From Eledone cirrhosa (taxonomy: Eukaryota), in NCBI GenBank assembly GCA_964016885.1, contig OZ024741.1, forward strand, positions 119,350,001 through 119,414,000: a stretch of DNA of 64,000 nt. Reading direction: 5' to 3'. This document shows positions 1 through 18,275 of the stretch, piece after piece (the first letter of the stretch is position 1; every line of letters starts with the position of its first letter). The position numbers and the translations under genes are program-made. A model generated the notes under the pieces. It had not been told where the DNA came from. It searched no databases and was given only the letters and a program-made list of their open reading frames with translations.

Positions 1-948
1 CTCTCGGATATGCCCTCTGCGGTGCATTCAACAACATCCCTCACTAGCTATGCTGATGACACTAAGGTAGCACAGGCAATCAAAGACCCGGCTGACGCTG
101 CCCTCTTACAGCAGGATCTGGATGCCATATACAGATGGGCGGAAGAAAACAACATGCAGTTTAATGCTGCCAAATTCCAAGCCCTACAATACAAACCTGT
201 AAACACAAACACAAATATAGCGGAACACAGCGACACAGGACCAGGAGGGACCGATATCCCCGTGTCAAAATCGATACGAGACCTGGGCATAGACATGAGC
301 GATGATGCATCTTTTTCTTCACACATCATGAAGGTGGCGACAACATGTAGACGATTCGCTGGCTGGATCTTGAGGACTTTCCTTACAAGAGATCGAGACA
401 CCATGTTGACACTGAGGAGGACTTTTGTCCTAAGCCGCCTGGACTACTGCTCCCAGCTGTGGTCACCCCATAGTGTCAAACTAACCACGGAGCTTGAGGC
501 AATCCAGCGAAGCTACACCAGGAGGATTGCCGGGATGAGGGAGACAAGCTACTGGGAGAGGCTAAAGGAACTGAACCTCTACTCCTTGGAGCGAAGACGG
601 GAGAGATACGCAGTGATCTACATGTGGAAAATCCTGGAGGGACTAGCACCAAACTTTGGCATTGGGAGCTGGACCAACCGTCGAACAGGACGTCACTGTG
701 TGGTGCCAAAGGTCCCGTCTTCCACATCTAGAATAAGGAGCAGGTATTGCAATAGCCTGGGATTCAAGGGCCCTCAACTCTTCAACAGGCTGCCGAGGCA
801 TCTGCGAGACTTGCATGACGTGGAGGTGGATGTCTTTAAGAAACATCTCGACACCTTGTTATCCAGGATCCCGGATGAGCCCACAGCAAGACACGAGGAA
901 AACCTAAGGGCAGCAGCAACAAACTCCCTCCTACACCAGTGGCCAACC
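1..948 (+). mobile_element. LINE (CR1/L2-clade-like) ORF2 C-terminal fragment, RT thumb region; cut by the window start and an assembly gap
   Basis: Open frame with YADDTK (RT catalytic motif), IRDLGI, LDYCSQLWSP and LYSLERRRERY, which are typical of CR1/L2-group ORF2 C-termini. GC content is higher than in the flanks. Confidence 0.88.
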
Positions 949-1148
949 NNNNNNNNNNNNNNNNNNNNNNNNNNNNNNNNNNNNNNNNNNNNNNNNNNNN
1001 NNNNNNNNNNNNNNNNNNNNNNNNNNNNNNNNNNNNNNNNNNNNNNNNNNNNNNNNNNNNNNNNNNNNNNNNNNNNNNNNNNNNNNNNNNNNNNNNNNNN
1101 NNNNNNNNNNNNNNNNNNNNNNNNNNNNNNNNNNNNNNNNNNNNNNNN
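949..1148. other. Assembly gap (200 N)
   Basis: Run of N. Confidence 0.99.
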
Positions 1149-3831
<2,683 letters not shown>

Positions 3832-3887
3832 TTCGTTTCTGAATTTGTTTAGCAAGATTCTTTATCTGAAATCGTGTGTTGAAACCG

Positions 3888-4278
3888 ATATTGTTATACT
3901 TTGGGAGGGTCATGTTGCCAATAAGAAACACACGCACCAGTTGCTTTCACTTCAATTTAATTTAATATATATTTATAAATTTACAAATTTATAAATTTAT
4001 AAATTTCTGGTTGGTTGGTTGGTTCCACAACCAGATAGTTGTTTATATATATATAGTCATAGTTCTTTCGTCACACACTCTGTGACCTCTTCAGTGACTG
4101 GGGATTTCTTTCTTCGTTTCTGTGCCTTTCCTTTCTTCTATCCTACGCCATTTTGTTTGTGTGTGGGTTGCGTGCTCAGTTTGCGCATGCGCCACATCCG
4201 GGTGTCTGTGTGTGTTTGTGTTCATTTTTCTATTTTTCTATTTTTATATTTATATTTGTTTGTTTATTTATTTATTTA
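3888..4278 (-). repeat. Left (inverted) pLTR of the PLE
   Basis: Reverse complement of 6696-7086, with no differences seen by eye (atattgttatactttgggagggtcatg... vs ...catgaccctcccaaagtataacaatat). Confidence 0.95.
4055..4099 (-). ncRNA. Minimal type I hammerhead ribozyme motif in the left pLTR
   Basis: Exact reverse-complement copy of 6875-6919. Confidence 0.72.
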
Positions 4279-4310
4279 GTATATTTATTTAGTATATTTA
4301 TTTAGTATAA

Positions 4311-6090
4311 TTTAGTATAGCTAAATCCGAACTTAGAAATATTATAGAACAGTATAGCAAGAAGCATAATAGAATAGAGGCCCAGCAACTGGGAGAAGAA
4401 TCTGCAAATGGCTTGCGTAAGCTCATGCAGCGCTCGCGTAATGGAGAGATAGCATGCTTTCCAACAGACAAGTCTGGCAGAATGTCGGTTGACAGCCTGC
4501 CAAACTACATCCAGGCAATGCAACCCCACATCACTAACACAAGAGAGGTAACACCACAGGAGCATGAGGACAGAGAAAAAACCCTCAATGCCCATATGGT
4601 GATGTGGACAAATATAATGCAGCCCAACAAAAGGACTGCCAACAACTTCCAGGCCTGGAACAATGACGTGCCGGCGTTGTATGGGCTTCGAAAAGACCAT
4701 AAAACGGGCTGGGACCCTGTCGCGGGACCACCAACACGGCCAGTCTGTGGGGCTAACATTGCTAGTAACTACAGACTGTCCTACTTCCTCTCCCTGATCA
4801 TACGCCCCATCATTGAGATGTCCCCAGATGTGTGTGACAGCACGGAGGACCTCCTCAGCAGAATCGACGCGGGTAACCGATCTGGGGACCTAACAAACTG
4901 CATAATAGGCAGTATGGATGTTGTGTCCCTGTATCCATCTATTGACGTGGATTTTGCTGTGGAGAAATGCGTCGAAATGATCAGCGAGAGCAAGGTTGAG
5001 TTCCGTGGGATTGATACCAGTGAGCTGGGACTTCTACTTAAGCTTACCCATAGTAATAGTTACCTAGACACTTATGACCTTAGCAACCTGTGCCCTACAA
5101 GACCAGCAAGAGGCAGACCACCTACCATTACCTCAATGGCCAAGAAAACCCACACAGATAGATGGAACGGGTGGACCAGAGCCATACGGACACCCGAAAA
5201 CCACGATGAACTGAAGAAAATGATTGCACATGCGGTAGGGGCCAGCATAAAATTAACCCTTAAGGAACATATGTTCAAATTTAATGGTAAAACATATGCC
5301 CAAGAGGAAGGAGCAGCCATTGGTGTTAGCATTGCAGGCGACATAGCTAACTTGTTCATGGTATGGTGGGACAGTAGACTTAAACAAAAACTTAAAGAAC
5401 AATTAGAAGACAGATTAACCCTGATAATGTACTCCCGCTACGTAGATGATATAAACATCGTAGTTAAGACACCCCCACTAAAGAACAGTCAGGAACCTGA
5501 GAAAAACACAATGGAAAGCATCCAGCAAATAGCAAACTCCATCCACCAGAGCATTAGAGTTACTATAGACTACCCAAGTAGACACCCCAACCATCGATTA
5601 CCTGTACTAGACACAGAGCTCTGGTTAGATACTATTAACAACCAAAAACAAATCCTCCATTCCCATTATGCCAAACCCATGACTTCCAAACATCTGATCC
5701 ACCGAAACTCGGCCATTTCGGACCATACCAAAATCAACATACTGATTGCGGATTTGATACGGGTGATGAGAAATGTGTCCCGCATGTGCAACCCCGAAGA
5801 ACTAGAGAGACACATACAACACTTCATCCACCGTATGCAGTTCTCTGGCTACAATCAGAGAGATAGAATCAGAGTGTATAAAGGAGCCAGAACCAAATGG
5901 GAAAAAATGGTAAATAATGACATAAATGGGACCTGCCCCTTGTATAGGAGCAAATTTTGGAATAGAATAGAAAGAACTAAGAACAAGGCCAATAGAATAA
6001 ACTCATGGTATGATAGCAATAAATACCAGAGTGTAATGTTCATCAATACAACCCCTAGAGGTGAACTAGCCTACAAATTTAGAAGGGCCC
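4311..6090 (+). CDS. PLE reverse transcriptase domain (5'-truncated; frame is open from 4311)
   Basis: Motifs PTDKSGR, PTRPVCGA, GSMDVVSLYPSI, QEEGAAIG, YSRYVDDI, LPVLDTEL, HYAKPM and FSGYN. Confidence 0.92.
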
Positions 6091-6570
6091 CTAAAGAAAC
6101 ATAATCTCAATATTAAGATAGTAGAAAGACCTGGTACCTCCGTAAAAACACTTATTAGCAAGACATACCCGTTCCAAAGACCCTCATGTATAGATAAGAA
6201 ATGTATAACCTGTAAAATAAGCCCCCATATTAACTGTAAAACTAGAAATGTAGTATATAGCATAAGATGTACTGAGGGACAATGTAGAAACAAAAATATA
6301 GTGTACATAGGTGAGACAGCTCGTAGTATAGGGGAACGAATAAATGAACACTGGCGAGACCTCCAAGATAGTAAAGAATCATCTGTGCTCTACCAACATG
6401 CTAAGATAGAACACAGGGGTAAATTAGAGAGCATAGAAATAAAAATAGAATCCACACACAAGAAAGACGCAATGTTTAGGCAAATTACAGAGGCAGTAAG
6501 CATAAAAGAATTAAAACCAAAATTAAATAGAAAATATGAGTGGAACAGCAACATCACAACTTACAATTAA
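6091..6570 (+). CDS. PLE Cys-rich linker plus GIY-YIG endonuclease; continues the RT ORF after a one-base frameshift at the CCCC run 6088-6091
   Basis: The shifted frame reads LKKHNLNIKIVERPG...CIDKKCITC...NCKTRNVVYSIRCTEGQC...VYIGETARSIGERINEH...LYQHAKIEH...RQITEAVSI...LNRKYEWN, with stop TAA ending at 6570. Confidence 0.9.
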   Translation, partial: LKKHNLNIKIVERPGTSVKTLISKTYPFQRPSCIDKKCITCKISPHINCKTRNVVYSIRCTEGQCRNKNIVYIGETARSIGERINEHWRDLQDSKESSVLYQHAKIEHRGKLESIEIKIESTHKKDAMFRQITEAVSIKELKPKLNRKYEWNSNITTYN

Positions 6571-6695
6571 GGACAAAATGAAAACACACACACACATATA
6601 TAAACAACTTACAATTGAAAACACACACAAAATGAAAACACACACAAGACAAAATGAAAACACACACACACATAGAACAAACAACCAACCAACAA

Positions 6696-7086
6696 TAAAT
6701 AAATAAATAAACAAACAAATATAAATATAAAAATAGAAAAATAGAAAAATGAACACAAACACACACAGACACCCGGATGTGGCGCATGCGCAAACTGAGC
6801 ACGCAACCCACACACAAACAAAATGGCGTAGGATAGAAGAAAGGAAAGGCACAGAAACGAAGAAAGAAATCCCCAGTCACTGAAGAGGTCACAGAGTGTG
6901 TGACGAAAGAACTATGACTATATATATATAAACAACTATCTGGTTGTGGAACCAACCAACCAACCAGAAATTTATAAATTTATAAATTTGTAAATTTATA
7001 AATATATATTAAATTAAATTGAAGTGAAAGCAACTGGTGCGTGTGTTTCTTATTGGCAACATGACCCTCCCAAAGTATAACAATAT
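6696..7086 (+). repeat. Right pLTR of the PLE
   Basis: Inverted partner of 3888-4278; runs directly into (TA)n. Confidence 0.95.
6875..6919 (+). ncRNA. Minimal type I hammerhead ribozyme motif in the right pLTR
   Basis: AGTCA-CTGAAGA-G-GTCACA(gagtg)TGTGAC-GAAA-G(aa)C-TA-TGACT. Stem I is AGUCA/UGACU, stem II is 6 bp, the CUGANGA and GAAA cores are present, stem III is vestigial and the predicted cleavage triplet is CUA. Minimal hammerheads in PLE pLTRs are established. Confidence 0.75.
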
Positions 7087-11395
<4,309 letters not shown>

Positions 11396-11681
11396 GCTAC
11401 TAGATTATATTCTTTCTTCATAATTTGATAAAGTTGTGAGAATTATAGTCTGGATACATAGTCAACTTTGTTAGGTGATTTGTGATAGGAAAGGCATCCA
11501 GCCATAGAAATCTTACCAACCAAAGGCTAAATAGATCTCTTCAGTTGTTTCAAGGACATGACTTCCCGAGTGTTGGTGCCATGATACAATACACAACACA
11601 CTTTGTTGAATGTGGGAGCATATATAAGCTGTATGAGTTCTCAACCCAGCTCAGACACAAGTGGCTCTGATTAAGTCCTGA

Positions 11682-13947
11682 CTTGGTCTGTGATCACCTG
11701 TCCAAGCCTTGGTCTGTCATCACCTGTCCAAGCCTTGGTCTGTCATCACCTGCCTAAGCCTTGGTCTGTCATCACCTGTCCAAGCCTTGGTCTGTCATCA
11801 CCTGTCCAAGCCTTGGTCTGTCATCACCTCTCCAAGCCTTGGTCTGTCATCACCTGTCCAAGCCTTGGTCTGTCATCACCTGTCCAAGCCTTGGTCTGTC
11901 ATCACCTGTCCAAGCCTTGGTCTGTCATCACCTGTCCAAGCCTTGGTCTGTCATCACCTGTCCAAGCCTTGGTCTGTCATCACCTCTCCAAGCCTTGGTC
12001 TGTGATCACCTCTCCAAGCCTTGGTCTGTGATCACCTCTCCAAGCCTTGGTCTGTCATCACCTGTCCAAGCCTTGGTCTGTGATCACCTGTCCAAGCCTT
12101 GGTCTGTCATCACCTCTCCAAGCCTTGGTCTGTGATCACCTCTCCAAGCCTTGGTCTGTGATCACCTGTCCAAGCCTTGGTCTGTCATCACCTGTCCAAG
12201 CCTTGGTCTGTCATCACCTCTCCAAGCCTTTGTCTGTGATCACCTGTCCAAGCCTTGGTCTGTGATCACCTGTCCAAGCCTTGGTCTCTGTGATCACCTC
12301 TCCAAGCCTTGGTCTGTCATCACCTGTCCAAGCCTTGGTCTGTCATCACCTGTCCAAGGCTTGGTCTGTCATCACCTGTCCAAGCCTTGGTCTGTCATCA
12401 CCTGTCCAAGCCTTGGTCTGTCATCACCTGTCCAAGCCTTGGTCTGTCATCACCTGTCCAAGCCTTGGTCTGTCATCACCTGTCCAAGCCTTGGTCTGTC
12501 ATCACCTGTCCAAGCCTTGGTCTGTCATCACCTGTCCAAGCCTTGGTCTGTCATCACCTGTCCAAGCCTTGGTCTGTCATCACCTGTCCAAGCCTTGGTC
12601 TGTCATCACCTGTCCAAGCCTTGGTCTGTCATCACCTCTCCAAGCCTTGGTCTGTCATCACCTGTCCAAGCCTTGGTCTGTCATCACCTCTCCAAGCCTT
12701 GGTCTGTCATCACCTCTCCAAGCCTTGGTCTGTCATCACCTGTCCAAGCCTTGGTCTGTCATCACCTCTCCAAGCCTTGGTCTGTGATCACCTCTCCAAG
12801 CCTTGGTCTGTGATCACCTGTCCAAGCCTTGGTCTGTGATCACCTGTCCAAGCCTTGGTCTGTGATCACCTGTCCAAGCCTTGGTCTGTCATCACCTGTT
12901 CAAGCCTTGGTCTGTCATCACCTGTTCAAGCCTTGGTCTGTCATCACCTGTCCAAGCCTTGGTCTGTCATCACCTCTCCAAGCCTTGGTCTGTGATCACC
13001 TCTCCAAGCCTTGGTCTGTGATCACCTGTCCAGGCCTTGGTCTGTGATCAACTCTCCAAGCCTTGGTCTGTCATCACCTGTCCAAGCCTTGGTCTGTCAT
13101 CACCTGTCCAAGCCTTGGTCTGTAATCACCTGTCCAAGCCTTGGTCTGTCATCACCTGTCCAAGCCTTGGTCTGTCATCACCTGTCCAAGCCTTGGTCTG
13201 TCATCACCTGTCCAAGCCTTGGTCTGTCATCACCTGTCCAAGCCTTGGTCTGTGATCACCTGTCCAAGCCTTGGTCTGTCATCACCTGTCCAAGCCTTGG
13301 TCTGTCATCACCTCTCCAAGCCTTGGTCTGTCATCACCTCTCCAAGCCTTGGTCTGTCATCACCTCTCCAAGCCTTGGTCTGTCATCACCTGTCCAAGCC
13401 TTGGTCTGTGATCACCTCTCCAAACCTTGGTCTGTCATCACCTGTCCAAGCCTTAGTCTGTGATCACCTCTCCAAACCTTGGTCTGTGATCACCTGTCCA
13501 AGCCTTAGTCTGTGATCACCTCTCCAAGCCTTGGTCTGTGATCACCTCTCCAAACCTTGGTCTGTGATCACCTGTCCAAGCCTTAGTCTGTGATCACCTC
13601 TCCAAGCCTTGGTCTGTGATCACCTCGCCAAGCCTTAGTCTGTGATCACCTCTCCAAGCCTTTCTGTCATCACCTCTCCAAGCCTTGGTCTGTGATCACC
13701 TCTCCAAGCCTTGGTCTGTGATCACCTCTCCAAGCCTTGGTCTGTGATCACCTCTCCAAGCCTTGGTCTGTGATCACCTGTCCAAGCCTTGGTCTGTGAT
13801 CACCTCGCCAAGCCTTAGTCTGTGATCACCTCTCCAAGCCTTTGTCTGTGATCACCTCTCCAAGCCTTTGTCTGTCATCACCTCTCCAAGCCTTTGTCTG
13901 TCATCACCTCTCCAAGCCTTGGTCTGTCATCACCTGTCCAAGCCTTG
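11682..13947. repeat. 26-bp tandem minisatellite (CTTGGTCTGT[C/G]ATCACCT[G/C]TCCAAGC), ~87 copies
   Basis: Seen directly; copy number estimated as ~2266/26. Confidence 0.97.
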
Positions 13948-13996
13948 CTATCAGGAGAACTGCACATTAAATGATGATGATACTCCTTATTATTAT

Positions 13997-14117
13997 TCTG
14001 AGTTCAAATCCCGCCGAGGTTAACTTTGCCTTTCATCCTTATGGGGTCGATAAAATAAAGTACCAGTAATGCACTGGGTAATTGCTGGCCTTGTGCCTAA
14101 AGTAGAAACAATTATTA
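13997..14117 (+). mobile_element. SINE, 5'-truncated copy of the window's main tRNA-related SINE family
   Basis: ctgagttcaaatcccgccgaggttaactttgcctttcatcc..ggggtcgataaaataaagtaccag...ttgctggccttgtgcc..agtagaaacaattatt, shared with the other copies. Confidence 0.85.
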
Positions 14118-14356
14118 TTAGGAGCAGTGGATTGGCAGTATTGGTAGAGTATTGAAGAACATGCTTTGCTGCATATAGTTATGGCTCTATACAGTCTGAG
14201 TTCAAATCCCACCTTTATTTTACGGGGTTAAAATAAGGAGAGGTCCATAAATATCTGGTGATACACCACCTCTTCAATAGAAACAACTTTTCAGCCCTCT
14301 TGAATTTTGAGAGGTGACCACCACCTCCCTTGGACTAAAACCAATCTCGTTCTCCC

Positions 14357-14528
14357 GTAACCCTTTAGCATTTACATTACTCTATATATACTATTATATA
14401 TTCATGGTAAGGGCTTTACCTCACATAATATTGAATCCATGAGATTTTGATATTATTTATTTTGAGAATAATACCTTAACATCATTATGAGTGGCCAGAT
14501 ATAGCCCATTTAAATGTTAAAGGTTTAA
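14357..14528. mobile_element. piggyBac-type MITE, family A (TIR CCCTTTAGCATTTA)
   Basis: Degenerate TIRs with TTAA-like flanks; body matches the copies at 25366, 38751 and 50391. Confidence 0.7.
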
Positions 14529-15177
14529 ATGTTTATTGGAGGTCCTGTATATAAATTTCAGTTGGGAGTCTGACTGACAATAATAGTAGGAAGACAATTG
14601 CTTTAAGGAAATAAGTTCAACTCTGAATAAAAAGATAAAACGAAATGTGAAAAAAATTGATGTAAAATATGGTTGGGTGGAAGCATTGTTTCAGTTTACC
14701 ATTTGTGTAGTGAGAACTTGTATCTTTTAATGGTCACAATTCTTTTTTCTTAATATAATATGCTTAATTTAACAGGGGAAAAACATTGTGATAACGTCTG
14801 GAGCTTCTTTTAAATATTCTTCTTGTCAATTTTAAAGAAAGTTGTAATTCATATCCACTTTCTTCTTCTTCTTTCTTTCTGATTTTATTTTAATCTTTTC
14901 ACTTGAAATCACAAGGTGATGGGTTCTTTCTCTCTATCATATCGGGCTGCATGCAAAATCAAAATATTTTGGCAATATTTTAATTGCCTATACCATTTCA
15001 TACAATAAAAGTGTATATATAAATATATATTATATATGTATGTATGTCTCAGTTACACATTCTATGTACAGGTATAACTTGATCACATATATATATATAT
15101 ATGTGTGTTCACACTATATATATATGCACACTATATATAGATATAACTTTACATATATATATATGTCTCAGTTACAC

Positions 15178-15226
<49 letters not shown>

Positions 15227-15249
15227 CTTATGTATATATGTATATATAT

Positions 15250-15366
15250 ATATAGATGTAACTTTATCATATGTATATATATATATATAGAGATGTAACT
15301 TTATCATATATATATATATAGATAGATGTAACTTTATTATATATATATATATAGATGTAACTTTAT

Positions 15367-15397
<31 letters not shown>

Positions 15398-15441
15398 GAT
15401 GTAACTTTATTATATATATATAATATATATATAGATGTAAC

Positions 15442-15495
<54 letters not shown>

Positions 15496-15503
15496 TGTAA
15501 CTT

Positions 15504-15558
<55 letters not shown>

Positions 15559-15621
15559 TGTAACTTTATTATATATATATATATATAGATGTAACTTTAT
15601 TATATATATATATATATACAA

Positions 15622-15675
<54 letters not shown>

Positions 15676-15705
15676 TGTAACTTTATTATATATATATATA
15701 TACAA

Positions 15706-15745
<40 letters not shown>

Positions 15746-15795
15746 TGTAACTTTATTATATATATATATATAACTTTATCATATATATATATATA
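15250..15795. repeat. (TA)n array punctuated by a constant AGATGTAACTTTATT motif
   Basis: About a dozen copies of the motif, separated by TA runs of variable length. Confidence 0.9.
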
Positions 15796-17293
15796 TTGGT
15801 CACATCTGAGAATGTATGTAAACTGACAAATTGTTTTGTTTCATAATCTTTACTTATAAAGTTTTTAACTTTTAACATCCTGTAATGATTTAGCATAAAA
15901 TATTTAAATATGATTTTGTTAATACTTAATATATCTTTACTAGTAGTTAAATTGTGAAAATTTGCAATAAACTAAAATATATGCCTTAATTTTTAATATA
16001 ATGCAGTCTTAATTCTGGTTTAATGATTCAATACAATCAGAAATTTTGTCATCTCTATTTTTAATATCAATTTTAATGATTTAATGTAGTGTAAATAAAA
16101 TCATTTGATTAACTTATAATGAAAGTACCCATTGTTATATCAAATTAAGAATTCTATCTAGTTTGAAAATGTAACTTATTGCTAATTATATATCATATTC
16201 AATTTTATTCAACTTATTTCTCTGTATCATCATCATCATTTAACATCCATTTTCCTTGCTAGCAAAGATTAGACAAGTTTTCAGAGATCAAGTCAGTACT
16301 CAAGCTGAGCTACTGAGCTCTCAGATGGGCCAGGGCATACATCGCCCTTACATACGATCCAACACTAGGGACATCATGTCATTGACTCAGATTTCTATGG
16401 CTTGATGTTGTTCCTATTGCCAACCACTTTTAGTGTGTACTAGGTGTGTTTTTTTGTGATGATCACTAACACTAAGGAGGTTGTCATGCAATTAATACAC
16501 TTAATTGATACATTTATGACCAGAGCACTTAGTTGTTTGTTATAAAGTCTGTCTTGTCACCACCATTCAATGGAGCCAGCAATATCAATTGCTCTGTGCT
16601 TTATACTTTGATCAAACTTCTGTTTGATTACATTCTCTCTCTTCATAACAGAATCAAGTGTTCAACTGGGACTATTTACCCAACAGTAACTACATGAAAT
16701 TGGTGAGAGGAAGTGGTTTTAACTTCCTGTAGAGATAACAGAACTATCACCAGACATTGTCTTGGTTTGGAAAGATGGTACCACTGATAGTTTTCTAGAT
16801 GTTGTTATCAGGCATTAAGACAGATTCTATTTGTTGTGCCAATTACCATGAAGACCTCTAGTGTCTTTGACCCACTACCATGTTCCACTCTTGTTTGCCA
16901 CATTTCTCTGTCAAATCTGGATGAGGGCATTGAACGTGAAGAATGAGGTGAACTGGCTGATGTAGTGGATATCACTGGCTGTTCATTGCAGCAACTCTTT
17001 TGCTATCATGTCCCTTACAACATGTATCTGAGATATACTGTCAACTAAGGATGTAGACGTTACTCAGATCCTTTTTTTTTTTTTTTTTTTTTTTTAATCT
17101 CATTTATGAATTTCAAATAGTATTTAAAGTTGCATTAGATTTTCACATTTGAAACTAGATTCAACATTGTTTCTAGAATTTGCTACCTATTTTTGTTTTT
17201 TTATATTTTATATGTTAATGTGTGTGTGTGGGGTGTATCTATCTATATGTGTGTGTGTGTGAACGTATATATGTGTGTATATATAGGTATATA

Positions 17294-17326
<33 letters not shown>

Positions 17327-17347
17327 GTATGTGTTTCTGTCTTTCAG

Positions 17348-17514
17348 GTGGTCAACAACCGACCTATGTGAACATGACAGACCTAGCTCATATGGCTGCT
17401 GAAAAGCAACGCAAGCAAGAACAACGCAAAGAACAGCGTGAATCCAAACTGCTGAGCAAATCTCAAACCCAGTCACCTTGTGAACAGAAAGATAGTAAAG
17501 AGCAGAAGTCACAG
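17348..17514 (+). CDS. MTSS1: MTSS1/MIM-like gene, internal coding exon A (GGQQPTYVNMTDLAHMAAEKQRKQ...QKSQ)
   Basis: Acceptor tctttcag, donor CAG|gtactg, phase 1 to 0, frame-compatible with the downstream exons. Assigned to this gene from strand, phase and position rather than from a recognised motif. Confidence 0.72.
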
Positions 17515-18142
17515 GTACTGCTTCTATTTCTTTGCCATTCTCTGTTTCTCATGTACAGTTCTTTAGTTTAATAGTAATAGTAATAATATCTATATTAAGG
17601 TTTTCTATTTCAGTATTTACTTTCTCTTTTACTGGTTCCAGAATAGACTTTGTATTTCTCATATACTTACATTAGCCAAAAATAGACTCACCTTTATCAT
17701 GTTTGTTTTGTTTTTTTTTGTTTTTTTTGGGGGGTCCCCTTGTCTCCACTGTTTTATTTTTAACGGTGGACTGATGGGGTTCCAGACATGCTCTGTAAAC
17801 ACAACATGACGCTTGCAGATAACCAACTTTCTCATGTTGACACCTTTCCTATCTTTCCTATACCAAATAAAGAAATGTACTTGAGTTAACCTGTTTGCAA
17901 CCATATTTCTAATGAAATGCAGTCTATTTCCAATAAGCTATCAGTCCAGTACTGAGATCCATTTAATTGACTTTCCCCTCCTCCCAAATTACTGGCCTTG
18001 TGCTTAAATTAAAAACCATTATTATTGTTATATATACACACACACGCTAAGGGTGTCTGACAATTATCGGTACAATTTCATCATATATATATATATATAT
18101 ATTTATTTATATATTACTATATATATTTGTATTTGTATGTAT

Positions 18143-18217
18143 AGAGATTTGTAGTGCTAAATAAGACTCATCCCACCCTTGTAAGCAGGGAAAAGCGGAC
18201 GTATGATGATGATGATG
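18143..18217 (+). mobile_element. Extremely 5'-truncated RTE LINE 3' tail
   Basis: Closely matches 45533-45607 (tcccacccttg.aagcagggaaaagcggacgta-(atg)n). Confidence 0.8.
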
Positions 18218-18227
18218 GTGTGTGTGT

Positions 18228-18275
<48 letters not shown>

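Larger units (their letters stand above)
3832..7086 (+). mobile_element. Penelope-like retroelement (PLE), 5'-truncated, with inverted pLTRs, inserted in a (TA)n array
   Basis: RT followed by a C-terminal GIY-YIG endonuclease; ~391-bp terminal inverted repeats containing a hammerhead motif; TA microsatellite on both sides. Confidence 0.93.

Noticed and set aside
4311-6570. Selenocysteine recoding as described for some PLEs
   Set aside because: There is no in-frame TGA in the RT or EN frames; the interruption is a frameshift.
3888-7086. DNA transposon or DIRS interpretation of the terminal inverted repeats
   Set aside because: The enclosed ORF is RT plus GIY-YIG, with no DDE transposase or tyrosine recombinase. 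Inverted pLTRs explain the structure.
11690-13515. Repetitive VCHHLSKPWSVITCPSLGLSS ORFs
   Set aside because: Three-frame read-through of a 26-bp tandem repeat; no splice signals or domain.
15250-15795. CRISPR-like repeat/spacer appearance (also the 26-, 34- and 40-bp arrays)
   Set aside because: Spacers are only (TA)n or absent, there are no cas genes, and the context is eukaryotic.
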